Of a stretch of DNA of 64,000 nucleotides, positions 9,572 through 18,804 are shown in pieces. The position numbers were made by a program, and so were the translations under genes. The notes below the pieces were generated by a model. That model was given only the letters and a program-made list of their open reading frames with translations, made no database searches and was not told where the DNA came from. The DNA is from Candidatus Culexmicrobium cathedralense (lineage in GTDB: Archaea; Thermoproteota; Methanomethylicia; Culexarchaeales; Culexmicrobiaceae), in NCBI GenBank assembly GCA_025061115.1, contig JANZKC010000002.1, forward strand, positions 448,001-512,000. The letters run 5' to 3'. Within the stretch, counting starts at the first letter, position 1. Each line of letters opens with the position of its first letter.

Positions 9572-10357
9572 TTGAAAGTGGCAAGTTTGACGGTGATCAA
9601 AATGCCCATTGAGAGAGTTAAAACTGGAATACCTGGAATGGACGAAATACTCCACGGAGGAATACCTAGAAGAAATGTCGTTCTTCTTTCAGGAGGGCCG
9701 GGAACCGGCAAGTCAATCTTCGGCCAGCAATTCCTATACAGCGGATTAATAAATGGAGAGCCGGGAGTGCTAGTAGCCCTCGAAGAGCATCCAGTTCAAG
9801 TCAGAATAAACATGGCTCAGTTCGGCTGGGACATCAGGAAATACGAGGAGGCAGGGCTAGCAGCCATAGTAGATGCCTTCACTGGAGGAATAGGAGAAGC
9901 AGCCAAAAGAGAGAAATACGTTGTCCCAGCGCCAGACGACTTTGCATCCCTAGTGGACGTAATAAGGAGGGCAATTAAAGACGTCAAAGCTGAGAGGGCA
10001 GTAATAGATTCAGTGACAACCTTGTATATAACAAAGCCAGCAATAGCAAGATCAGTCGTAATGCAACTCAAAAAAGTCCTATCAGGACTAGGATGCACAT
10101 CAATCCTAGTCTCCCAAGTAAGCGTAACCGAAAGAGGCTTCGGAGGGCCAGGAGTAGAGCACGCTGCAGACGGAATAATAAGATTAGACCTAGACGAAAT
10201 AAGAGGAAAACTATTCAGAAGCCTAATAGTCTGGAAAATGAGAGGGACATCCCACAGCATGAGCAGACACCCATTCGACATAACCAGCAGAGGACTAGTA
10301 GTATATCCACATAAAACCTTAAGCATAAGTAGAAGAATAATTGAAGCGGAGGCATAA
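9572..10357 (+). CDS. KaiC-domain RecA-superfamily ATPase
   Basis: TGIPGMD, Walker [13 protein letters not shown] and KMRGT motifs. Confidence 0.92.
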   Translation: MKVASLTVIKMPIERVKTGIPGMDEILHGGIPRRNVVLLSGGPGTGKSIFGQQFLYSGLINGEPGVLVALEEHPVQVRINMAQFGWDIRKYEEAGLAAIVDAFTGGIGEAAKREKYVVPAPDDFASLVDVIRRAIKDVKAERAVIDSVTTLYITKPAIARSVVMQLKKVLSGLGCTSILVSQVSVTERGFGGPGVEHAADGIIRLDLDEIRGKLFRSLIVWKMRGTSHSMSRHPFDITSRGLVVYPHKTLSISRRIIEAEA

Positions 10358-10847
10358 AATGAGCATCCAAATCAACCTAAATCCAATAGGAAGAGAAGAA
10401 ATCCACAGACTCGAAGCAGCACTACTAATAGGAACACTACTACGGCCAGAAGTACTCCAGCTCCTAAAAGACCCAGCAGAGCGACTAACATGGGTAGACT
10501 CACTAGCAGTAGCAGCAGGAGCAATAGCAAGAGAAAGAGCAAAAATGACCATACCAAGAATAGCCGAAGAACTAGGAAGAACAGAAGCAACAATAAGAAA
10601 CCACCTAGCAGGAAAAACCAAGGCAGGCCAACTAGTAAGACAAACACTACAGAAATTCATTAAAGAAGGAGTAAAACTGGAAATAGCAATACCAACAATA
10701 ACACTAGAAGAAATAGATGAAATGAAGAAAGAACTCGAACAACTCAAATCAAAACTAGCAGAAGAAGAAAAAACAAGAATTGAACTAGAAAACAAACTCA
10801 AAAACATAAAAGAAGAACTAAAAAAGATACTCGAAAAACTGACCTAA
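10341..10847 (+). CDS. KaiC-associated HTH regulator with coiled-coil tail (start probably 10359)
   Basis: [15 protein letters not shown] and [16 protein letters not shown]; typical neighbour of archaeal KaiC genes. Confidence 0.8.
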   Translation: MKRRHKMSIQINLNPIGREEIHRLEAALLIGTLLRPEVLQLLKDPAERLTWVDSLAVAAGAIARERAKMTIPRIAEELGRTEATIRNHLAGKTKAGQLVRQTLQKFIKEGVKLEIAIPTITLEEIDEMKKELEQLKSKLAEEEKTRIELENKLKNIKEELKKILEKLT

Positions 10848-10901
10848 CACCCACATTTTATAAGCGAAACATTAAATTTCAACCAGCAAAAACACTAATC
10901 T

Positions 10902-10978
10902 GGGCGGGTCGTCTAGCTGGCTAGGATGCCGCCCTGACGCGGCGGTGGTCGTGGGTTCGAATCCCACCCCGCCCACCA
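10902..10978 (+). tRNA. tRNA-Val(GAC)
   Basis: Cloverleaf, anticodon arm CCGCC-CT-GAC-GC-GGCGG, encoded CCA. Confidence 0.97.
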
Positions 10979-11104
10979 CTACCATCAATTTGATGGTGTT
11001 CTGATGGTGTGAATTAATGGTACCTAGTGGACTCTGCTACTGGTTCTGCAGTTTGCATATCACCTTTTTATATGAAATTCTGCATTTAGATAGTTGGTGA
11101 ATTA

Positions 11105-12466
11105 GTGGATCCAAGTAAGGTAAATTTGAAGTCTATTGGTGATGAGGTTAGGTATAGGATTTTTGATTATGTGAGGAGTAAGGGTGTTACTAGCCGTGAT
11201 TTAGGTATCAATCCAACTATTATCAATAGAATTAAAAATAGGCGTATACGTGTTTCAGATCGTACACTTGCTAAATTATTGAGATTTTTGACTTTAGAAG
11301 AATTTGCTGAGCTCATTAGTGGTAGAATTCCAAGTCAATTAATTGAGCCTAGAGATTTGAGTGAAGCCTTAGTTAAGCTTGAATCATCAATAAATCAACT
11401 CAAAATACTGTTAGATAAGTATCCACAACTATCATCAATAGCATACCAGAAATTTAATGAAATAATTAGCCACTTAAAACACTATTCAATAACCGTGACT
11501 AATGAACATATTGAAAAGTTCAAGAAAATATTGCGTGATAAAGCACCAAAAACAGCTAGTGACCGCATGAGATACCTACTAAGAGCACTAAGAGACTTAA
11601 ACTACGAGCTCTCCACTGACAAGCTTCAAGAATATATTATTGATTTGAAAGAGCAAAGCATTTATGTAGCTGAGCACACAGCAAAAGCCCTAAAACTATT
11701 CATAAAGCACGTAATTAAAGATAGAAACCTATACGAATCATTTAAAACACCAAGAGTAACCGAAGAGGCTGATAAGGAAATTCCAACTCCAAATGAAGTA
11801 AGAGCTGTAGCTAAAGCAATAAATTGGTCACCAGCAAAAGCCTACTACTGCCTCCTAGCAGAATCAGGATTAAGACCAGGAGAACTATTCAAATTAATAA
11901 TAAGTGAAATAAATATTGAAGAGAGAACAATAAAGCCAAAAAGAGTAACTGAAACTAAAAGAGCATATATAGCATTCTTCTCAAAACAACTCCAAAAATA
12001 CCTAAAACAAGTCTACCTACCCTACCGAGAAGAATTCATTAGCAAATACGCCAAGAACATGAAATACTTAATTGATGCTAAAGCTGAAGAATGGAAATAA
12101 CTTCTATTCCCATTTAAAGAATCAACCATAAGAGCAGCAATATACGACGCAATGGAAAAAACATTAGGTAGGAGATTCAAACTATACGACTTAAGAGCAT
12201 TTTTTGCAACCTACATGAGCATCAAAAAAGTACCAGGCCAAATAATCGATATAATACAGGGAAGAGTACCACCCAAACAATTCAAAATCCTAGTAAGACA
12301 CTACCTAGCAATCACAACTGAAGAACTAAGAAAAATATATGACGAAGCAAACCTAACAACACTAGAAAAACAATTAAAAGATAATGAAATACACCAGCTT
12401 AGAAGGCTTGAAATATATACTAATGTTTCAGTATCTGATGGAAAACTGAAACATCACAGCATATAA
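11105..12466 (+). pseudogene. Tyrosine integrase with an internal TAA stop (12098-12100)
   Basis: The two ORFs share one frame (EWK*LLFPF). Motifs SGLRPGE, YDLR, QGR and RHY; HTH-like N-terminus. Confidence 0.9.
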
Positions 12467-12654
12467 GATCATCAAATTTGATTATTATTAGGGTGGAATG
12501 AAACAATATCAAGCATAAGAGCATTTTTATTTTCATTGACAAGCCACTAAGCAATGAAGTGGCTAAATGAGTTTATTTAGATAGTAATACTTTGAATACT
12601 TTTTGATTTAACTTCCTTTAATTTTAAATTTTCAGTTGCAATAACTTTAGGTAG

Positions 12655-14022
12655 GTGTTGAGTATTAGTGGCGCAAATGTGAGGGTTATGCAAAAATATT
12701 CTAAGATAGCTCGATATTGGGGAAGGAAAATATATGAAGCTACTAAAGTAATTTTCCTAAACATTACTGGAAATATTGAAGGTAAAGTGATTTTAGATCC
12801 ATTTGGTGGTGCTGGTTGCATAGTTCTTGAAGCTTTAAGGTATGGCGCTAGAACAATCTACATCGACATAAATCCTTATGCTTACTTAATAGCTCGTGTA
12901 ATGTTAGATTGGTTTGATTATGAAAAGTTACGTTTAAAAGCTGAAAAAGTACTTTCACGCAAAAAAATAATTTATCAAGGGCTTGATGGCTCAACGAAAT
13001 ATATTGGTGCAGATGAACTATACACCATTGAAGTTCAAGGAGTTAAAAAGAGAGTTAAGTATTATGAGTGGATTGATGATGAATGTTGTGCAGTAACGTT
13101 CGATGGTGAGAAAATAAGGACTTCCGACTTCACTGAAGGAGAACCTTACTATCAACCACCAAAATATAAATTGTGGTATCCATGGGGAGAGCCTTTCGAT
13201 AAGAAAAGAAACTACGATTGGCTACACGAATTCTTCACAAATCGAAACTTAATAATACTCACAAATATTTGGCATGATATACGACCACCTAAAACAATTT
13301 CCGGAAAAGATACTCGTGAACATCGAGCCATGACTCTTATCTTTTTGTCAATACTTTACATGGCAAGCAAAATGGCAAGGCGCGGGGCTGGATCATGGGG
13401 AGTAAATAGCTATTGGGTGCCACGAATACATGTAGAGTACAATCCCTATGATCTTTTACGAAGAAAATTGAAGAGAATCTTAAAGATGTCGCCCCCCCTA
13501 CAATATCAAGCAAAAACATCTGGAAGCATACATAGTATTCCTAGAGTAATCAGAGGGAAATTGCATGCTGCAATACTTCATGGTGACTGCACGAAAATTC
13601 TAAAGCATATCTCCCCAAATAGTATAGATTACGTAGTAACAGACCCCCCGCATGCAGATGAAGTACAATATTTAGAGTTGAGCTTTTTCATGAATGCTTG
13701 GCTTAGATCCAATCCATACTCATGGGCAATTGATGAGGTAATTGTCAATAGAAGAAAACACAAAGATTTCAATACATACATAAGAATGCTCACCTCGGCT
13801 TATAAGTTAATTCATAATGTGCTTAAGCCGCGGGGAAAAATGATACTAATTTACCACGAAGAAAGTGAACAGAAATTAAAAGAAATGATAAAGGCCGCAG
13901 AAAAAGCAGGTTTTTCCTTAGAAAAGAAATTAAGTGGTGAAATGAAGTATCAGCGTAACATTGGTGATAGAAATACATTAAGGGGAAAAATTTACTGGAT
14001 ATTAGTTTATTCGAAAAACTGA
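12655..14022 (+). CDS. DNA amino-methyltransferase (m6A or m4C); start possibly ATG at 12688
   Basis: RYWGRK, motif I ILDPFGGAG, DINP and motif IV TDPPH. Confidence 0.85.
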   Translation: MLSISGANVRVMQKYSKIARYWGRKIYEATKVIFLNITGNIEGKVILDPFGGAGCIVLEALRYGARTIYIDINPYAYLIARVMLDWFDYEKLRLKAEKVLSRKKIIYQGLDGSTKYIGADELYTIEVQGVKKRVKYYEWIDDECCAVTFDGEKIRTSDFTEGEPYYQPPKYKLWYPWGEPFDKKRNYDWLHEFFTNRNLIILTNIWHDIRPPKTISGKDTREHRAMTLIFLSILYMASKMARRGAGSWGVNSYWVPRIHVEYNPYDLLRRKLKRILKMSPPLQYQAKTSGSIHSIPRVIRGKLHAAILHGDCTKILKHISPNSIDYVVTDPPHADEVQYLELSFFMNAWLRSNPYSWAIDEVIVNRRKHKDFNTYIRMLTSAYKLIHNVLKPRGKMILIYHEESEQKLKEMIKAAEKAGFSLEKKLSGEMKYQRNIGDRNTLRGKIYWILVYSKN

Positions 14023-14056
14023 AATTTTTCACCAAATATTTTTACTTGGTGTAAGT

Positions 14057-15682
14057 TTGGCACATGAACATAGTAAGTATACTAAACGTATAGAACATGC
14101 TTTAATTAAGTATGTCCGTAGATTAGATTCAGAAGTTAATTTGGCATTAAACAGTTATTTTAATCTTATTGAAAAAGCAGTGCATCAAATTGAAGACTAT
14201 AGATTGAAAGTATCTCCTGAAACACCACACATATTGCTTCCACTATCCCTACTTGGAACTTATCGATTCAATGTAGAGAAGCTATACTTTGATGTAAAGT
14301 TTAATAATCCATTTAGAGATGACGTACGTATTTTATTTTCAAGTAAAATAATGATACCAGCAATTTCACTAAACTTACCATCATTCGTAACTGTCCATCG
14401 TTGGACTAGAAAACGCCAATGTGAAGACTTGGAATCAGCAGTTGATGAAGATAGGATGCTTATTATAGAGAGAGGTAGCTATTCCATTTTAAACTTCTAT
14501 TACTTTGATTCCATGACATGCTCAGAAATTTATGACGCAGATTACCTTAACATGATACTTAAAGATATGCTAATATTTCTAGCATTACTACCAGTACCTA
14601 GCCTGAATGATAAGTGTCAAGCTTTCTGCAGATCTCTTCCATTCTTAAGCATGTATGGATCTGACATAAGCGGTGTTGAAGCACTAGGCATTACGCGCTG
14701 CTTGCTTAAATTAGATCGTAAAAGCTTGGAATCAGCATATTTCAGACGCGCATCCATTCGAAGCTTATTATGGGGGAGGCTACCATTCTATAAGGTGAGA
14801 GCTTTTATAGTATCAAATAATCCAATAGAAGATAAGATTAATGTTTTAAGTAATGAAGTAATCTACATTCCAGAGCTGTACTTCATGAAGCTTCTAGAGT
14901 ATTGTAATGCTAGTGCTCTGCTAGTGGACTCAATTGTAATATCTCTCTTCATAATTAAGAAAGGCTTAAGAGAATATGCGGAAAAATTGATGCTCTTCAA
15001 TATTCTAGCTATGCCTATCAACATCTTTCCAGTAAATGATAGTGCCGTCATGTTTGCAATTCTAAATTACGCTACTACTAGCACTTGTTCTAACCAGATT
15101 ATAAATATGACAGCTGAAAGAAAGGATTCTTTAGAACATGAGTTTGACATTAACATCACGATTCGGGAGGGCGATTTATTATCTAAAATGCACTTCATAC
15201 TCAGAGCTATGAAGTTAAAGCAATTGAAATTAAGCTTATCCAAAATAACCATTAAAATTTCGCGAAGTAGTTCAAAACTATCCAATCTGTTAGGTTATGC
15301 GTATACGTATTTGCTTCCCTTCATAAATGAACGCTCACTTATAAGTCATGAACAAAAGAGTGCAATATCATCTCGCTGCTATCCTCCCTGCACTATACTA
15401 CCGTTGATTTCCTTTGCTTTAGCAAAGAAGTTTAATTTCAAAACATATAAAGAGCTAGCAAAACAAATAGTACAAATTCTGAGCAAACGTATTAAGAAAA
15501 ATGACGCTGAAATTCTAACTACACTTAGTGATGAATTTAGGAGAAGGGGTATTAATGTTAAATATAGTGAGATAATTGCCTTAGTGAGAAACATAATATT
15601 AGCATGGCAACTACATATTATTAGGGCAAAATATCTTAAATTGATGTTAAAACATCAATTATATGGAGGATCGTTTCATTGA
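14057..15682 (+). CDS. Unknown 541-aa protein in the putative defence operon
   Basis: Long intact ORF in AT-rich DNA; its stop overlaps the helicase start (TTGA). Confidence 0.8.
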   Translation: MAHEHSKYTKRIEHALIKYVRRLDSEVNLALNSYFNLIEKAVHQIEDYRLKVSPETPHILLPLSLLGTYRFNVEKLYFDVKFNNPFRDDVRILFSSKIMIPAISLNLPSFVTVHRWTRKRQCEDLESAVDEDRMLIIERGSYSILNFYYFDSMTCSEIYDADYLNMILKDMLIFLALLPVPSLNDKCQAFCRSLPFLSMYGSDISGVEALGITRCLLKLDRKSLESAYFRRASIRSLLWGRLPFYKVRAFIVSNNPIEDKINVLSNEVIYIPELYFMKLLEYCNASALLVDSIVISLFIIKKGLREYAEKLMLFNILAMPINIFPVNDSAVMFAILNYATTSTCSNQIINMTAERKDSLEHEFDINITIREGDLLSKMHFILRAMKLKQLKLSLSKITIKISRSSSKLSNLLGYAYTYLLPFINERSLISHEQKSAISSRCYPPCTILPLISFALAKKFNFKTYKELAKQIVQILSKRIKKNDAEILTTLSDEFRRRGINVKYSEIIALVRNIILAWQLHIIRAKYLKLMLKHQLYGGSFH

Positions 15683-18600
15683 GTAATGTTCAAGTACCTA
15701 GTATTGATGACTTAATGATTGGCGCTTACCAAGAGCTTTTCTTGAAGGAGTTAGAAAATGTAAGAGCAACACATCAAGTACTAGTGCATCATAGTGTTCC
15801 TGAAGTACTTCAGATATTGCATTCATACATATCTCAATTTAAAGAGAAGCCTATCCACCTCAATGCTAATCAACTACTAATGGAGCTTGCTAAGAGAAAG
15901 CTTATACTAATTTATCCCGATGGTAGAGTGAGAACCAGAAATTTGGAACTCATTATTAGAGCAATTTACTCACGAGCATATCCAAGTGCATTATCAACAT
16001 TAGAGTATGTGATCTTAAAACCTCGTGAATCACCACTACCATCATTTGAAGAGCGCGAGGGAAATGAACTACGCAACATAGTATACATGTACTTTAGGAC
16101 TTTCCTAGATGAACAATTGGCAACCAACTTGTCAGAAGCCTTTACTAACGCATTTGTTAAAAGCATTGCAAATAAAAGCTCCCTAGAGGAAGGTTCACTA
16201 TCTGAATACCAATATATTAACTTGAAAACCCTCCTTAATTACGCTTCTAACAAAGCACCTTCTATATCGCTTTTAGCAGCTCCCACAGGTACGGGTAAAA
16301 CTTGGATTTTCGTGCTCTATGCCATAGCCAGAATTCTAGAAGCAAAAAGTAAGGGCGAATTTAGTGGAGTAAAAGTTATTATTTTATATCCGAGAAAAGC
16401 TTTAGCACGTGATCAATCTGAACGAATTTTGAAGTTACTCCACTTTCTTAATGAAGAATTAAAGCTAAGAGGGCTTCAAACATACGCTATTAGTTTAGGT
16501 ATTTGGGATCGAGACTCACTGCAAAATTGGAGGAAAATTGCAGAAATAAGAATGAAAGCTAAAGGGAGAAATGTTGAATTTAGAGGCATTAAATGCCCTA
16601 TTTGTAGCGCAAAGTTAATTTATGATGAGCAAAGGGAAGTTATTGCCTGCCCATCTTGTGGACTTACCTTTAACTTTATAGGGGACATTAGAGAGTGGAT
16701 AAACAAAAAACAACCAGACATACTCATCACAAACTTTTGGGCTTTAAACTACAGGCTCATTAGCAGACATTACAAGCAACTACTAGGAAATCGAGTTCGC
16801 TGCATAATTATAGATGAAGCTCACGTACTAAAGGATTTAGAAGGAGCCTTCACAGCATACCTCCTTTGCAGACTTCTGTTACGATTAGCAATGCAGTACA
16901 AGGGAGTATCTACTATTCCATCAGCACCATTAAAGCTCGATCCTAATGCAGAATATAATGCTCTTGACTGGATACGCGACTACATTAGAGATAAAAGCTT
17001 AACCATTATCCTATCATCAGCGACAATTTCCACTGCACAAACAGTGAGTGAAAGGAATAAAGATGCCATAAAATTTACTAGCAACCTTGTTTATCCCAAA
17101 CTCTTTGAACTATTCGAAAGTTTATGTAAAGGTATGGGGTTAGAGCCCGTAATTTATCACGATTATAATGACATTTACGAGAAACTTTATAGTGCGAGAC
17201 ATCCATTAGGAAAGGTGAGGAGAAAAATAGATGTTGTAATCATATTAGCTCCACATCCATCAAGAGGTTTAGAAACAATCGCTCAATCCACAACTCTGTG
17301 TTCTCTATTTTGGTGTAAAGAGTTCAATCAGAAATTCTTACTATTTACTGATAATAAAGAGGCAATTGAACGTCTATATCACTTTATAAATGACATTATT
17401 ATTGGTGAACGTGGAGAAATATATGATCACCTATTTCTTACAGATAAGAATCCAGGTGCTCGAAGAAGTCTCCTTATACATAAGTCATGGAAAAATTATG
17501 GAGAAAAGCTACTAAGCAATGGCGATATGCTAATTAGGGCATTGGAAGACCCGCTTTACTGGATAATCTTTTCCTACCCATCATACTTTAATAAAATCAT
17601 AACTAAACTTAGAGATATCAATAAAGCGTTATCTCAAATGAACTATAAACAGAGTGATCACTTTAATGACCTCCTAAACATTGCTAAGGCTAGTTGTGAT
17701 GATATTTTTTGGAATAGAGCTTCGCGCTTAAGCATTCATCATGCCGATCTGGATAGGAGTGAGAGACAAAGTATAGAGGAGAGATTGAAGGGAGCTGATT
17801 TAATTGGAGTTCTATGTACATCAACACTAGAACTTGGTATCGATATAGATCACATATCAACTATAATTCAATACAAACCACCTAGAACTGCGGAGAACTT
17901 TATTCAAAGGCTTGGAAGAGCTGGAAGAAAACCTACAACAATGTACATCGCCACCGGCTTCCTACTTCTAAGCAATTTTGAAACTCTATATCTCAATGAG
18001 AGGTACTCAGAAAATGCATTATTCAATGTCAGACCCAAACCCTTACCACTAAATAATCACCGTGTACGTGCTAACGCCATCTTCTATACGATAATTGACA
18101 TGTTAGCGTATCTAGATTATCAGACTTATTATAGTAGCAAAGCAAGAGATGCTAACAGAACTGCAAATAGAACACATAATATCTACCGAGCACTCCTAAC
18201 ATATGAAAAGCCCATAATTTCAATAATTGCAAGTTTGTTTGGTCTACATTCAAGTATAGTGAAAGATGAGTATCAAACACTTACAGATCATATATGGGTA
18301 CTTTACAGAAACTTAAGTAACATAACTATGGGTCCAATTTCAATTAAAAACATTATATATAACACAATGGAAACAGTACAATTAACGAGAGATAATTTAA
18401 ACAAAATACTTTCAAGCATGGGTGAAAATCCAAACCTCTTTAGGGATTCAGAGGAGTATCAGAGGATAATAAGTAAAATGTTTAAATATTTACGATTTCT
18501 TAATGAGCTATATAACGGGCTTCACAAATTAGATCTCTACTGCATATCCAACCCCGAATATTTAATAAGGAAAAGAAATGATATACGCAAGAACCTTAAC

Positions 18601-18804
18601 AATTACTTAGTCAAGTTAGATGATCTAGTAATTTTCCTAAATAACTTGAGTAAAATGATTTCTGATGCTATACTCTTCTCAAAGATCAGAAAAGTAACAG
18701 ATGACTTAAAGCAGATAGAGAGTGGTGTTAAAGAATTAATTAAATTCGTGCAGACTGGTATAGATTTACTCTTCACTTTAAACTTAAGGCGTATATTACG
18801 GTGA
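15679..18804 (+). CDS. SF2 DEAH helicase with zinc ribbon (MrfA/DpdJ/DrmA-like)
   Basis: APTGTGKT, YPRKALARDQ, CPIC...CPSC, DEAH, SAT, TSTLELGID and QRLGRAGR motifs. Confidence 0.92.
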   Translation: MSNVQVPSIDDLMIGAYQELFLKELENVRATHQVLVHHSVPEVLQILHSYISQFKEKPIHLNANQLLMELAKRKLILIYPDGRVRTRNLELIIRAIYSRAYPSALSTLEYVILKPRESPLPSFEEREGNELRNIVYMYFRTFLDEQLATNLSEAFTNAFVKSIANKSSLEEGSLSEYQYINLKTLLNYASNKAPSISLLAAPTGTGKTWIFVLYAIARILEAKSKGEFSGVKVIILYPRKALARDQSERILKLLHFLNEELKLRGLQTYAISLGIWDRDSLQNWRKIAEIRMKAKGRNVEFRGIKCPICSAKLIYDEQREVIACPSCGLTFNFIGDIREWINKKQPDILITNFWALNYRLISRHYKQLLGNRVRCIIIDEAHVLKDLEGAFTAYLLCRLLLRLAMQYKGVSTIPSAPLKLDPNAEYNALDWIRDYIRDKSLTIILSSATISTAQTVSERNKDAIKFTSNLVYPKLFELFESLCKGMGLEPVIYHDYNDIYEKLYSARHPLGKVRRKIDVVIILAPHPSRGLETIAQSTTLCSLFWCKEFNQKFLLFTDNKEAIERLYHFINDIIIGERGEIYDHLFLTDKNPGARRSLLIHKSWKNYGEKLLSNGDMLIRALEDPLYWIIFSYPSYFNKIITKLRDINKALSQMNYKQSDHFNDLLNIAKASCDDIFWNRASRLSIHHADLDRSERQSIEERLKGADLIGVLCTSTLELGIDIDHISTIIQYKPPRTAENFIQRLGRAGRKPTTMYIATGFLLLSNFETLYLNERYSENALFNVRPKPLPLNNHRVRANAIFYTIIDMLAYLDYQTYYSSKARDANRTANRTHNIYRALLTYEKPIISIIASLFGLHSSIVKDEYQTLTDHIWVLYRNLSNITMGPISIKNIIYNTMETVQLTRDNLNKILSSMGENPNLFRDSEEYQRIISKMFKYLRFLNELYNGLHKLDLYCISNPEYLIRKRNDIRKNLNNYLVKLDDLVIFLNNLSKMISDAILFSKIRKVTDDLKQIESGVKELIKFVQTGIDLLFTLNLRRILR

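Noticed and set aside
10372-10647. Leu/Phe-rich minus-strand ORF resembling a membrane protein
   Set aside because: It is an artefact of the A-rich codons of the regulator on the opposite strand.
12098-12100. Programmed readthrough (Sec/Pyl) in the integrase
   Set aside because: The codon is TAA, which is not used for Sec or Pyl. A nonsense mutation or sequencing error is simpler.
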